Of a stretch of DNA of 64,000 nucleotides, positions 20,214 to 30,357 are shown piece by piece; the stretch's first letter is position 1, and each line of letters begins with the position of its first letter. This DNA is from Bacteroidota bacterium. Lineage in GTDB: Bacteria; Bacteroidota; Bacteroidia; UKL13-3. The position numbers were made by a program, and so were the translations under genes. The notes beneath the pieces are model-generated. The model saw nothing but the letters and a program-made list of their open reading frames with translations. It did not search any database and had not been told where the DNA came from. Location: the NCBI GenBank assembly GCA_025359805.1, contig JANYDU010000012.1, positions 3,689-67,688 of the forward strand. The letters run 5' to 3'.

Positions 20214-22754
20214 TTAAAATTGTTGACCAATTAAGAAGTGGAAATTACCACCATTAGCTGATGGACTAAATGGTACTACATCAAAACCATACCCATAATC
20301 TAACCCAATCATGCCAAACATAGGTAAAAATATTCTAACACCAGCTCCGCACGATCTGTAAATTTCAAAAGGATTATAATCTTTAAATTGAAGCCAAGCG
20401 CCTCCTGCTTCAATAAATACTAATGGATAAACTGTGGCTTGTGGATTTGGCGAAAGTAAATAGCGTAACTCCATTGTGTATCTATCATAAATAGTTCCTC
20501 CTTGTCGTTGAATGGTTCCGTTAATAGTTGTTATAGGTGTGAGGGAATTATCTTGATAGCCACGTAATGCAATGAGTTCGCGCCCATCTAAATTGAACCC
20601 TAATAAACCTGCACCACCTACCCAAAACCGTTCAAATGGAGTAACTCCTACATCTGCATTATAATATCCTATAAATCCAAAATTTGCTCTACTCATTAAT
20701 ACTAATTTGGAAGTTATTTTTGTATAGAAAGTGGCATCAAATTTCCATTTATGAAACTCAAGCCAATGTAGTTTTGATGCTGCATCTAACTTTGAATAAT
20801 CACGTCCACTAAGTAAACTATAAGGTGGAGTGAATTCAAGAGAGGCAGAAATATTTGAGCCCTCTGTTGGAAATATTGGACTTGGCCCTGCGGAATTTCT
20901 GGCAAAAATTAATTTAAAACTTAAGCTGTTTGTTCCTCCTGCTGGAACAGTTGCTAAATAACTTTGCCCAGTAAGTGGACTGGCATAATTATCATATCGT
21001 TTATAACTGACTTGATTTTGAAGCGTAAAAAAATCATCTGGCCATTTTAATCGTCTACCTAAACCCACAACTATACCTGTTGTATTAAGTGATGCTCTTC
21101 TTCCATCACCAATAGAATAGCCATTACTTTGTATAGAGTAGTTTGTTGAAACGGAAAACGACATCGGTTTTTTACCACCAAGCCAAGGCTCAGTAAATGA
21201 TGCGCTGTATGATTGATAATAGGTTCCGTTTGTTTGTGCGCGTAATGATAATCGTTGCCCATCACCTGATGGAACCGGAGACCATGCATGTTTTTCAAAC
21301 ATTCTTCTTGTAGAAAAATTATTGAGCGTTAATCCCAGCGTACCAATAATAGAACTTGCTCCCCAACCGGCCGAAAGTTCTATCTGATCATTTGGTTTTT
21401 CTTCTACTTTATATTCAATATCTACGGTTCCACTTTCGGGGTGAGGAACGGGATTTACCCCTAATGCCTCTTGGTTAAAATAACCTACTTGCGAAAGTTC
21501 GCGTAATGATCGAGTAACATCTGATCGGCTAAACAATTGCCCAGGTTTAGTTCTTAGCTCACGTAAAATAACATGGTCACTTGTTTTGGTATTTCCTTTA
21601 ACGGTTACTTTATTTATTCGAGCTTGATCACCCTCGCGTATTCTTATTTCTAAATCAATCGAATCATTTTCAACCAACACTTCAACAGGCATAATGTTAA
21701 AAAACAAATATCCATCATCCATATAAAGTGTGCTTATATCAAGACCATTTTGGCTCATGTTTAATCGTTGATCAAGTATGGATTGATCATATACATCACC
21801 TTTTTTTATTTTTAAAATACTGTTTAACTCTTCAGTTGTGTATTTTGTGTTTCCTATAAAAGTGATGTTGCGGAAATAGTATTTTTTACCTTCAAAAATA
21901 TTTACATGAATATTGAGGGATGTTTTATCATGCCTATATACGGAGTCGGAAATAATTTCAATATCACGATAACCCATTGCCAAATATTTTTCGGTAATCT
22001 TACTTTTATCTTCGTAAAAATCATCCTCAATGTATTTTGATTTTGCAAGAAATTTGCGCTTACGTTTTGTTTTTTTTAAGAGCCCTAATAATTGCTTATT
22101 TGTTAATGCCGTATTGCCGCTAAAAGTAATATCGTAAATTTTAATTCTTGGTCCTTTTACAACATTAATTTTTAGTTTAGCAGTATTCTTTTGAGGGTTA
22201 TCAGGCTCTTGTTCAATCTTAGCATCGGCATCTAAATATCCTTTTTCTGTATAATGTTTTTTAATTTCATTACGGGTGCTGTTAATCATATTTTCTGTTA
22301 TGATTTGCCCTGATTTAATGGTTAGTTCTTCTCGTAAAGTATTTGCTTTTCCTTTTTTTAGCCCTTTTATAGCGAAGGTTGATAAACGAGGTTTTTCACG
22401 TAAATAAATCTCAAGAGTTAATTTATCTTCTTGAATATCCATTACTCTAATTTTTACATCATCAAACAATTTTTGTTTCCATAAATTAGTAATGGCTCTG
22501 CTTATATCTTCTGATGGAATTTTTATTTTTTGACCAATCGTTAAGCTTGATAAAATTTGCAATACACTTTTATCATAAAAATTGGTTCCTGTAATAACAA
22601 TATTAGTTAATTCATAAGTTCGAGGACGGGAGTAATCTATAAAATCAGATTTTACCCCAAATCCTTTAACAATAGTGGTATCTTCTGTTTGCGAGAATGC
22701 AATAACAGTTTGTAAAAAAAATACAGCTAAAAAAAAATGTTTTAATAGGTTCAT
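20214..22754 (-). CDS. bamA: Outer membrane protein assembly factor BamA
   Basis: POTRA repeats (GNTKT.D.VI.REL), LRGY loop motif, C-terminal HFLIGQQF; TGATG coupling with uppS. Confidence 0.96.
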   Translation of the reverse strand: MNLLKHFFLAVFFLQTVIAFSQTEDTTIVKGFGVKSDFIDYSRPRTYELTNIVITGTNFYDKSVLQILSSLTIGQKIKIPSEDISRAITNLWKQKLFDDVKIRVMDIQEDKLTLEIYLREKPRLSTFAIKGLKKGKANTLREELTIKSGQIITENMINSTRNEIKKHYTEKGYLDADAKIEQEPDNPQKNTAKLKINVVKGPRIKIYDITFSGNTALTNKQLLGLLKKTKRKRKFLAKSKYIEDDFYEDKSKITEKYLAMGYRDIEIISDSVYRHDKTSLNIHVNIFEGKKYYFRNITFIGNTKYTTEELNSILKIKKGDVYDQSILDQRLNMSQNGLDISTLYMDDGYLFFNIMPVEVLVENDSIDLEIRIREGDQARINKVTVKGNTKTSDHVILRELRTKPGQLFSRSDVTRSLRELSQVGYFNQEALGVNPVPHPESGTVDIEYKVEEKPNDQIELSAGWGASSIIGTLGLTLNNFSTRRMFEKHAWSPVPSGDGQRLSLRAQTNGTYYQSYSASFTEPWLGGKKPMSFSVSTNYSIQSNGYSIGDGRRASLNTTGIVVGLGRRLKWPDDFFTLQNQVSYKRYDNYASPLTGQSYLATVPAGGTNSLSFKLIFARNSAGPSPIFPTEGSNISASLEFTPPYSLLSGRDYSKLDAASKLHWLEFHKWKFDATFYTKITSKLVLMSRANFGFIGYYNADVGVTPFERFWVGGAGLLGFNLDGRELIALRGYQDNSLTPITTINGTIQRQGGTIYDRYTMELRYLLSPNPQATVYPLVFIEAGGAWLQFKDYNPFEIYRSCGAGVRIFLPMFGMIGLDYGYGFDVVPFSPSANGGNFHFLIGQQF

Positions 22755-23497
22755 CAACTCGTTACTTGCTCACTGGTTTTTCCAAATCTTCTTTCACGCT
22801 GTTGGAAGTTAATGATTGCTTGATATAAATCTTCACGATTAAAATCAGGCCAAAGTTTATCTGTAAAATATAATTCGCTGTAAGCTAATTCCCACAATAA
22901 AAAATTGCTTATACGATGTTCACCACTTGTTCTTATCATCAATTCGGGGTGAGGAAAATTTTTGGTTGATAAATTTTCATCAATGGTTTTATCATTAATC
23001 TCATCAATCGCTAATTCACCATTTTTAACTTTTTGTGCAATTAATTTTGTTGCATTAATCATGTCCCATTTTGCACTATAGCTTAACGCTAATATCATTG
23101 TTAATCTTGTATTATGTTTGGTTTCTTCAATAGCAATTTTCAATTCTCGTTGGCATTTTTCAGGGAGGTCGTCCATATTTCCGATGCTCTCCAGTTTGAT
23201 ATTATTTTTCATTAACGTTTTAGTTTCTTTTCTAATTGTAGAAACTAATAATTCCATTAAAGCCATTACTTCTGCTGCTGGTCTCGACCAATTTTCGGTA
23301 GAGAACGCATAAAGAGTTAAAAATTTTACTCCAATTTCGGCACAAGCTTCGGAAACTTCTCGCACAGCACCCACACCATTTTGATGACCAAAAATTCTGA
23401 ATTTTCCTTTCCCTTTAGCCCACCTACCATTCCCATCCATAATGATGGCAATATGAGAAGGGATTTTATCGGTATTGATGGAATTTTTGAGTGTCAT
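22754..23497 (-). CDS. uppS: Undecaprenyl diphosphate synthase
   Basis: HIAIIMDGNGRWA, YAFSTENW.RP, IRTSGE.RISNFLLW, RERRFG. Confidence 0.97.
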   Translation of the reverse strand: MTLKNSINTDKIPSHIAIIMDGNGRWAKGKGKFRIFGHQNGVGAVREVSEACAEIGVKFLTLYAFSTENWSRPAAEVMALMELLVSTIRKETKTLMKNNIKLESIGNMDDLPEKCQRELKIAIEETKHNTRLTMILALSYSAKWDMINATKLIAQKVKNGELAIDEINDKTIDENLSTKNFPHPELMIRTSGEHRISNFLLWELAYSELYFTDKLWPDFNREDLYQAIINFQQRERRFGKTSEQVTS

Positions 23498-23518
23498 ATT
23501 TTTTGTAAGCGTGCGAAT

Positions 23519-24340
23519 TTAATAAAATCTAGCACACTTTACCCTGCTGTATATTCTATAACTGATGCTAACCCCACCAATCATATACCAATCATTAAAG
23601 TCAGGATTTCCCCGTTTGTATCCTTTTTTATTTACAAATGTTCCCTCATTTAGCAATGAAGATGGATCTGTCATTACAGCTGCTATATGGCTTTTTTGTA
23701 ATTGAACATTAATATCAGGGTATGTTTTACTCACATCATCTAAATAATCGGTGTAAGTTTTTCTAAATCCAAACTGGCATTCCAAGCTGATATTTTTATT
23801 TATTCGCCACTTCAATCCAATTCCAAATGGTACAGCAAATGAGTATGATTGATAAGTGTTTTCTGAACCTTCGGTGTGTAAATCTTTCAAGTTTACCCAT
23901 TGTCCATTATATTGTCCTTGAGGGTTGAATCCAAATACGGCAATACCGGCAAATAAATAGGAAGTAAATTTGTTGTCTAAAACCCCAACCCCATATTTTA
24001 AGTAATTAAATTCAAATGTTGACGCATATTCATAAATATTTGATCTAAAGTTTAGATTTCTGGCGGCATTAAAATCAAAATTTTTATCGTTACCCGAAAC
24101 TTCTGCTACCATTAATGAATTTGTCCAAGCCCAAGTGGAAGACATATTTATTCTCATGAAAGCGCCTCCTGCACCTTTAGTTTCTTGTATTACAGGAGTT
24201 GGTGCCAAATCACCTATATAATTTGCCATACCAATAGTAGTTCCAATCTCTATATTTTGAGAAAAGGAAATTTTGAACACAACAATAAGAGAAATAGTTG
24301 TAAAAAAATAAAGAGAAGTTTGTTTTAGAATTTTGGACAT
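23519..24340 (-). CDS. DUF6089 / PorG-like outer-membrane beta-barrel (copy 3)
   Basis: NYIGDL, RNLNFRS, TEG, PFGIG.K, TDYLDDVS, RG; directly upstream of uppS-bamA-skp. Confidence 0.8.
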   Translation of the reverse strand: MSKILKQTSLYFFTTISLIVVFKISFSQNIEIGTTIGMANYIGDLAPTPVIQETKGAGGAFMRINMSSTWAWTNSLMVAEVSGNDKNFDFNAARNLNFRSNIYEYASTFEFNYLKYGVGVLDNKFTSYLFAGIAVFGFNPQGQYNGQWVNLKDLHTEGSENTYQSYSFAVPFGIGLKWRINKNISLECQFGFRKTYTDYLDDVSKTYPDINVQLQKSHIAAVMTDPSSLLNEGTFVNKKGYKRGNPDFNDWYMIGGVSISYRIYSRVKCARFY

Positions 24341-25170
24341 TTCATTCCTTGATTTCGGAATACATATGTAAAGCTTAAGCCTCCCATAAAATACATATCA
24401 GTAAACGGAAAAGATTTATATCCTCTAGCATCACCTTCTTTAAAAACATTTCCTACATCTTTAGATGTTTTCTCCCCACTTCTGTCTGATAAAGCTTGTG
24501 CGATAGCACCATTTGACGCACCAACAAGCCTTGCATCTGCATATGTTCCTGATACATCATCAAGATAATTTGTTGTTGTAATTCTAACTCCAAATTCAAT
24601 TCCAACAGAAATATGCTTACCAACCTTTTTCTTAAATCCCATTCCTAATGGAATACAAATAGTGGTTAATGCGTATTTTTCTCTATCATTATATTGTGTT
24701 GTTCCTTGTCCTTCGGTTCCAAGTGGTTGAAGTTCGTAAGTTGTCCCCTGATAGATTGTTTTTGGATTAAAATTAAATACTCCTATCCCTCCAAAAATGT
24801 ATGGTATTAGCCTATTTTTACCTGAAATATTCTTTATGAGATTAAATTCTACTTGTGCAGAAAACTCATAGATGTCAGAATAGAAACTAAGGTTACGCGT
24901 TTTCCTGTAGTCACTGCTTCCAAGCGAATCAGCACCAGATACTCTTCCGTAACCAAAATATCCTTTTAATGCCCATTTACCATTTATATTATACCTTCCA
25001 AGGATTGCTGCAGAGGGATGTGTTTGAGAAAGCATAATACTATTATTACTTAAGTCACCATAATAATTTGATGCACCCAATAATACTCCAAATTCAATTC
25101 CTTGTGCTGAAAGTTTGAATATGGAAAACGAAAGAAGTAAGAAAAAAAAGCTTACTTTAATTTTTTTCAT
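24325..25170 (-). CDS. DUF6089 / PorG-like outer-membrane beta-barrel (copy 2)
   Basis: NYYGDL, RNLSF.S, LGTEGQG, PLGMG.K, TNYLDDVSG; ATG 25170 with TATATTTG just upstream. Confidence 0.8.
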   Translation of the reverse strand: MKKIKVSFFFLLLSFSIFKLSAQGIEFGVLLGASNYYGDLSNNSIMLSQTHPSAAILGRYNINGKWALKGYFGYGRVSGADSLGSSDYRKTRNLSFYSDIYEFSAQVEFNLIKNISGKNRLIPYIFGGIGVFNFNPKTIYQGTTYELQPLGTEGQGTTQYNDREKYALTTICIPLGMGFKKKVGKHISVGIEFGVRITTTNYLDDVSGTYADARLVGASNGAIAQALSDRSGEKTSKDVGNVFKEGDARGYKSFPFTDMYFMGGLSFTYVFRNQGMKCPKF

Positions 25171-25224
25171 GAAAGGCAAATATAGCCTTATAACGAATTA
25201 ATGCAAGAAAAGATTGTTGAGATA

Positions 25225-26115
25225 TTAATAGAAACGGGGGCATCTAATAGCACGACCACTATACCCACCACCACCACCGCCAGAAGTGCCAATTCTATAT
25301 CCAAGTGTGAGTCCGCCAATAACGTAAACGTCATTAATAGCGATTTTTCCTCTTAATTGACCAGATCTAGTTAGTTGACCATTTTCTGCCTCTGATGTGT
25401 AGTCTCTACCATTAGTTCTATCCGTCATATAATATGCTTGTTTAGGAAAAGGGCTTTTAGAAAGCAAATTAGCACTTGGGTAATACGCTTTAGATCCACC
25501 AACGTCATCAATGTAAGAAGTAGATGTATATCTTAGACCTAGTTCTAAGCCTAAATTAATATGTGATGTAACCTTATATCTAAACCCTACACCAAAAGGA
25601 ATACATACCGCATATTGCGCAACTGGCTTTCCTTCAGTTTGTAATTGTGCAAGCCCTATTGGAACAGTCGGAGCAAGAATATAATAGGCATAATTGTTAA
25701 AATAAAATGCTCCTAAACCAACAAAAGCATAGGGAATAAATCTGTTTCGAAGTCTTCGTCCTCTTGTAATGTCTTTTATAAAGTTATACTCTAATTGAGC
25801 TGAACCTTCATAAATATCAGCCCAAAAAGAAAGATTTCTCCGCTTTTGAAATGCAGAAGTACTAATTGAATCTGCCCCTCCAATTCTTGCATAACCTCCA
25901 AAAAATTTAATCGCAATTCTTTCATTTACGTGATACCTGATAAATGCGCCCCCCGCCCCTTTTATAGTAGAAAGTTCTAACTCATTCACAATATCGCCAT
26001 AATAATATGAACCACCAACTAATAAACCAACTTCAAGTTTTTGTGCGAATGAAGAGAAAGCTCCAACGAGGATAAAAAAAAGGAATAAGTATTTTGTATA
26101 AATGCGTTGCATCAT
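25225..26115 (-). CDS. DUF6089 / PorG-like outer-membrane beta-barrel (copy 1)
   Basis: YYYGDI, RRNLSF, QTEG, PFGVG.R, TSYIDDVGG. Confidence 0.8.
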   Translation of the reverse strand: MMQRIYTKYLFLFFILVGAFSSFAQKLEVGLLVGGSYYYGDIVNELELSTIKGAGGAFIRYHVNERIAIKFFGGYARIGGADSISTSAFQKRRNLSFWADIYEGSAQLEYNFIKDITRGRRLRNRFIPYAFVGLGAFYFNNYAYYILAPTVPIGLAQLQTEGKPVAQYAVCIPFGVGFRYKVTSHINLGLELGLRYTSTSYIDDVGGSKAYYPSANLLSKSPFPKQAYYMTDRTNGRDYTSEAENGQLTRSGQLRGKIAINDVYVIGGLTLGYRIGTSGGGGGGYSGRAIRCPRFY

Positions 26116-26204
26116 AGATTTTTAATCGTAGCAAAAGTATTACATAATTTTTCATATACAAACAACCGTAATGAAAAAACTTTAAAATCGTCAAATTTAT
26201 TCGC

Positions 26205-27089
26205 TTATATATTCCGATTATCCAAGCCCCACATCAGTTTTTTGCGTAATGTTTTCAAATAGTTATCTTCATTAAAACGAATCAATTTAAATTCAAAAGA
26301 GGCTTTTTTCACGGCTAATTGAACACTTTGGTCAATTGTTTCCGAACGAGAATCAAGAGAAACCAAAAAACTAGTACTTCTACCTTCAATTTCGAATGAG
26401 ATAATATTATTATCAGAAATAATCATTGGGCGAACATTTAAGTTATGAGGTGCAATGGGGGTAATTACAAAACTTGAAGCGCCTGGATACATAATTGGCC
26501 CGCCACAACTTAACGAATATCCTGTTGATCCAGTTGGTGTGGAAATAATTAACCCATCCGACCAATATGAATTGAGATATTCTCCATTAATATAGGTATG
26601 AATGGTAATCATAGCAGAACTGTCTTTTTTGTGAATTACAAAATCGTTTAAAGCAAAGTTTGTATGAGTAAAAATATTGCCACTCGATTCTAATTGTATA
26701 ACCGAACGGGAGTCAATTGAATAATGACCTTTAGATAAATTATCAATAGCTTTTTTAATATCAGAAGCAGATTCTCCCGCTAAAAAACCCAAACGTCCTT
26801 TATTAATGCCAAGAACTGGTATTGGATTATTTCCCATGTATACAATTGCATCTAAAATGGTTCCATCCCCACCCAATACGATGAAACAATCAGGATTATA
26901 TTTTTTTATATCTTCTTGGGTATTGAAGGTATCAGTGCTGCTGCATTTTAATCCCGAAGCAATACATTGTGCATAATAAAGGTCTTCTGTGATATATTCA
27001 ATTTCGCATTCGTTGAGATAATCAAAAAGCAATTGAATATCCTTGCTTAAGTCTTTTTTAAATACTCTGCTATAAACTGCAACTTTCAT
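26205..27089 (-). CDS. nadK: NAD kinase
   Basis: LGGDGT, GIN.GRLGFL, LND, DGLIISTPTGSTGYSLS.GGP. Confidence 0.96.
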   Translation of the reverse strand: MKVAVYSRVFKKDLSKDIQLLFDYLNECEIEYITEDLYYAQCIASGLKCSSTDTFNTQEDIKKYNPDCFIVLGGDGTILDAIVYMGNNPIPVLGINKGRLGFLAGESASDIKKAIDNLSKGHYSIDSRSVIQLESSGNIFTHTNFALNDFVIHKKDSSAMITIHTYINGEYLNSYWSDGLIISTPTGSTGYSLSCGGPIMYPGASSFVITPIAPHNLNVRPMIISDNNIISFEIEGRSTSFLVSLDSRSETIDQSVQLAVKKASFEFKLIRFNEDNYLKTLRKKLMWGLDNRNI

Positions 27090-27090
27090 T

Positions 27091-27753
27091 TTACGTGTTT
27101 AAGTATTTAATTAACCAATCATATCGGTTTGCATAAGAATCATCAATTTTATCGGCTTGATGAACACTTCTAATAACTTTTCCATGTCGCTCTAAAGAGG
27201 TAGCCACATTTTTTAAATCTGTTTGATTAAATTTCATTGTTACCAAAATAGAATTGTTTTCATTAACCAACGTATTAATAAATACATTGATAATTTTTAC
27301 ATCATTGTATTCAACTATTCTAGAGAGCTCGGCAAGTGAATAATCTTTTGGCAACATTTCGAGAACGATAATTCCTCCTATTTGTGATAAAGAAGAATTT
27401 TTGTATATGACGTTTATTATTTCTTTGTAGGAGATGATTCCTGCAAAACTATTTTGAGCATTTACAACACCAATTGTAGAAAGCGATGATTCGCTAAAAA
27501 TTTTGAGTAGTTCAAATATATGTTGATGTGCGGTTGCGAAAAATTGTTTTTCGTTTTTTATCAGTTTATCAACCTTCGTTGATTTTGAGTTATTACTAAT
27601 TTCTTCGAGAGTTACATATCCTAGTAATTTATTATTTTCGACTACTGGCAAGTGCGCTATTTCCCAATCGTGCATAAATACCTGTGCAGTTTCGCAAGTA
27701 TCCGTTTTTTTGAGAGGAAATATTTCGTGTGATAAGAGAGTTTCTGCAAACAT
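27091..27753 (-). CDS. CBS-domain protein (AcuB-like)
   Basis: HLPVV CBS pair, GGIIVLE..DYSL.E.SRIVE, C-terminal L.KYLN. Confidence 0.85.
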   Translation of the reverse strand: MFAETLLSHEIFPLKKTDTCETAQVFMHDWEIAHLPVVENNKLLGYVTLEEISNNSKSTKVDKLIKNEKQFFATAHQHIFELLKIFSESSLSTIGVVNAQNSFAGIISYKEIINVIYKNSSLSQIGGIIVLEMLPKDYSLAELSRIVEYNDVKIINVFINTLVNENNSILVTMKFNQTDLKNVATSLERHGKVIRSVHQADKIDDSYANRYDWLIKYLNT

Positions 27754-28517
27754 TATTTTTTCAAAATTCTTGAATAAAAATCATCTACTATCGAGTTAAA
27801 TTCTTGAGGTCTTTCCATCATTGCCGCATGTCCACAACAATCTAATAAATGCAATTCTGAATGAGGCAATAATTGATGAAACTCTTCGCCAACATGTGCA
27901 GGAGTTATCGTATCTTGTTTGCCCCAAATTAAACAGGTAGGTTGAATAAATGATGGAAGGTCTTTTCGCATATTGTGCCTAATTGCAGACTTAGCCATTG
28001 TTAAAATACGTAATACTTTCATTCTATCTTGAAGGGTTGAGTGTACCTCATCCACCAACTCATCTGTTGCTGATTTTGGGTTATAAAATGTAACACTTAT
28101 TCTTTCTCGTATGTATTCTTTATCGCCCTTTTTTGGATAAGATGAACCTAATGCACTTTCATACAACCCCGAACTTCCTGTTAAAACAAGTGAGTTAACC
28201 AATTGAGGATGTTTTTTAATGAAAACTAAAGCTACATGCCCTCCTAATGAATTTCCTAATACATTTACTTTTTTATATTGTTTGTATTCTACAAAATCAT
28301 AAATAAAATTGGCTAACCCATCTACGCTTAATTTAAGAATATTCATTTCAAAAATGGGCATGAGAGGAATAACAACTTTATACTTTTTTGAAAAATGATC
28401 GAGCACATCTTTCCAATTACTTAATGCCCCAAACAGACCGTGTAACAGCAACATTACTTCGCCTTCGCCTTGTTCAATATATTTAAAATCCCCTTCTTGT
28501 TTTAGCTGAACGTCCAT
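27753..28517 (-). CDS. Alpha/beta fold hydrolase
   Basis: LLHGLFG, GNSLGG nucleophile elbow, WG..D, CGHAAMME. Confidence 0.92.
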   Translation of the reverse strand: MDVQLKQEGDFKYIEQGEGEVMLLLHGLFGALSNWKDVLDHFSKKYKVVIPLMPIFEMNILKLSVDGLANFIYDFVEYKQYKKVNVLGNSLGGHVALVFIKKHPQLVNSLVLTGSSGLYESALGSSYPKKGDKEYIRERISVTFYNPKSATDELVDEVHSTLQDRMKVLRILTMAKSAIRHNMRKDLPSFIQPTCLIWGKQDTITPAHVGEEFHQLLPHSELHLLDCCGHAAMMERPQEFNSIVDDFYSRILKK

Positions 28518-28557
28518 CCAATGATTAAATTCAAATCAAATATATAGTAAAAATCAT

Positions 28558-29130
28558 TTATGCCAATTCTTTTGCTATTTGCAAAAAGTTTTTGATGATG
28601 TGTGATCCTTTTTTTGTTAAACAAGATTCAGGATGAAATTGAATTCCAAATACAGGAAGAGTTTTATGTGCAATAGCCATTACCTCATCATTTTTACTTG
28701 TTGCAATAATTTGTAATGGACTTTTTATATTGTTTAAAATTAATGAATGATAACGTGTGGCATTAAACATATCAGGAACTTGGTTAAATAATTTATGATT
28801 TGTATGATACATCTCGTCAACTTTTCCATGTCTTGGAAGTTTAGATTTTACAAGCGTTGCTCCAAAAAATTCACCAATGGCTTGATGACCTAAACAAATT
28901 CCAAGGATAGGTTTTATTTGATGGCAGATTGAAATAATTTCCATCAATTCTCCTGATTCTTTTGGAGTTTTTGGCCCTGGAGAAATTACTATTGCATCGT
29001 ATTTATCCAATTCATTTTCATTTAATTTTTCATCATTTCTTTTTACTGTGCACTCACATCCAAATTGCTCAACATAATCTTTAAGCATATAAGTAAATGA
29101 ATCATAGTTATCAAGTAGAAAAATTTTCAT
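28558..29130 (-). CDS. Aminodeoxychorismate/anthranilate synthase glutamine amidotransferase component
   Basis: DNYDSFTY, SPGP, GICLGHQ, RYHSL, QFHPES; pabA vs trpG not distinguishable. Confidence 0.93.
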   Translation of the reverse strand: MKIFLLDNYDSFTYMLKDYVEQFGCECTVKRNDEKLNENELDKYDAIVISPGPKTPKESGELMEIISICHQIKPILGICLGHQAIGEFFGATLVKSKLPRHGKVDEMYHTNHKLFNQVPDMFNATRYHSLILNNIKSPLQIIATSKNDEVMAIAHKTLPVFGIQFHPESCLTKKGSHIIKNFLQIAKELA

Positions 29131-30281
29131 TGTACTATTTTTTCGATTGCCATTTTTACTTTTTCAAAAGGTATTTCGGTTATCAGAGAAGGTGAATGAT
29201 ATTTGGTTATTTGTATCACATTTATCGGGTTTTTCAAAACCAAATCATCTATCATATTAGGATAAACAAATACTAAATTTGGGTTTAATAGTTTTGGATA
29301 AGGAGCAAATCTACCGTAATGCCTACCGTTTAAAACACATACTGTTTTTGTATTTGTACAAGCTGCAATATGCAAAGCGCTAGAATCATTTGTGAGCAAA
29401 AATGAAGCATTAGCAATAATATCAACAAGTGCTAATAAATTTGTTTCTCCGCACAAATTAATTGGCTTCGCAATTTTACATTCGGTAATAATTTGTTTCG
29501 CTAATTCTATATCTGAATGAGCACCACAAATTTTTATTTCTAATTCATGTTTTGAATATAACTCATCGGCAATGGCTGAAAATCTATCTAATGGCCATTG
29601 CTTTTGTTTTTCGCCAGCACCCGGAAAAAGTATGGCATATTTTTTTACCGATTCATTGGAGGATAATATTTCAATAACAGTTTTTTGCCGATTGATTTTT
29701 TCCTCAATCAATTCTTCAACAATCAATTTGTTTTTTTCGAATTCAAAAACTACGGATGAATTTTTATTTAATAATTGAGTATAATAGTTGTCGGCAATTT
29801 TTTTAAATATGGATATTTCATTTGCATCATCACCCAAACTTCCTGTTTTTTTTATGGAGCCGCTTGCTTTAATAATACTATCGCCAGTGATTATTTCTCT
29901 TGAAAATGTTGGTTGAAAAGCTGTCTCAAAACCTTTGTTTCTAATTGTTTCGAGAATATTTTTACGATAGTATAAGTCTGTTACGAACTTCTTTTTGTTT
30001 ATCCAAATAAATTCGTCAACTGATAATTCGTCAAGCTTTTCAGCCAATTCCTTCCATAGTTCATTTCCACAAAGTGTAATTTGATAATTCCTAAATTTTT
30101 CACTTTTTCGGATGTCTTCTAAAAAATTTCTAAAAAGTAAATAGTCGCCAATCGCATCTAATTTTACAATGAGCAATGTATTAGGTTTTATGATATTATT
30201 TTTTGTCGATAAAATTGTTCTATCCTGCCAAAGAATTTTAAGCACATTTAAAAAATGCCTGATGCGTAAATTTTTTATCAT
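29127..30281 (-). CDS. Glycosyltransferase family 9 (heptosyltransferase-like)
   Basis: KLDAIGD, FPGAG..KQWP, NL.GET.L, TNDSS.LHIAA. Confidence 0.9.
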   Translation of the reverse strand: MIKNLRIRHFLNVLKILWQDRTILSTKNNIIKPNTLLIVKLDAIGDYLLFRNFLEDIRKSEKFRNYQITLCGNELWKELAEKLDELSVDEFIWINKKKFVTDLYYRKNILETIRNKGFETAFQPTFSREIITGDSIIKASGSIKKTGSLGDDANEISIFKKIADNYYTQLLNKNSSVVFEFEKNKLIVEELIEEKINRQKTVIEILSSNESVKKYAILFPGAGEKQKQWPLDRFSAIADELYSKHELEIKICGAHSDIELAKQIITECKIAKPINLCGETNLLALVDIIANASFLLTNDSSALHIAACTNTKTVCVLNGRHYGRFAPYPKLLNPNLVFVYPNMIDDLVLKNPINVIQITKYHSPSLITEIPFEKVKMAIEKIVQ

Positions 30282-30305
30282 TAGTTATCTTATCCTTTAC
30301 AAAGC

Positions 30306-30337
30306 AAAAAAAATCCCGAACAAGTCGGGACTTTTTT
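30306..30337 (-). terminator. Intrinsic terminator after pnp
   Basis: AAAAAAAATCCCGA-acaag-TCGGGACTTTTTT. Confidence 0.8.
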
Positions 30338-30357
30338 AATTTATTTTTTGTTGATAA

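Noticed and set aside
25268..25285. Poly-Gly codon run in DUF6089 copy 1 as a phase-variable tract
   Set aside because: Short in-frame triplet run; slippage would not shift the frame.
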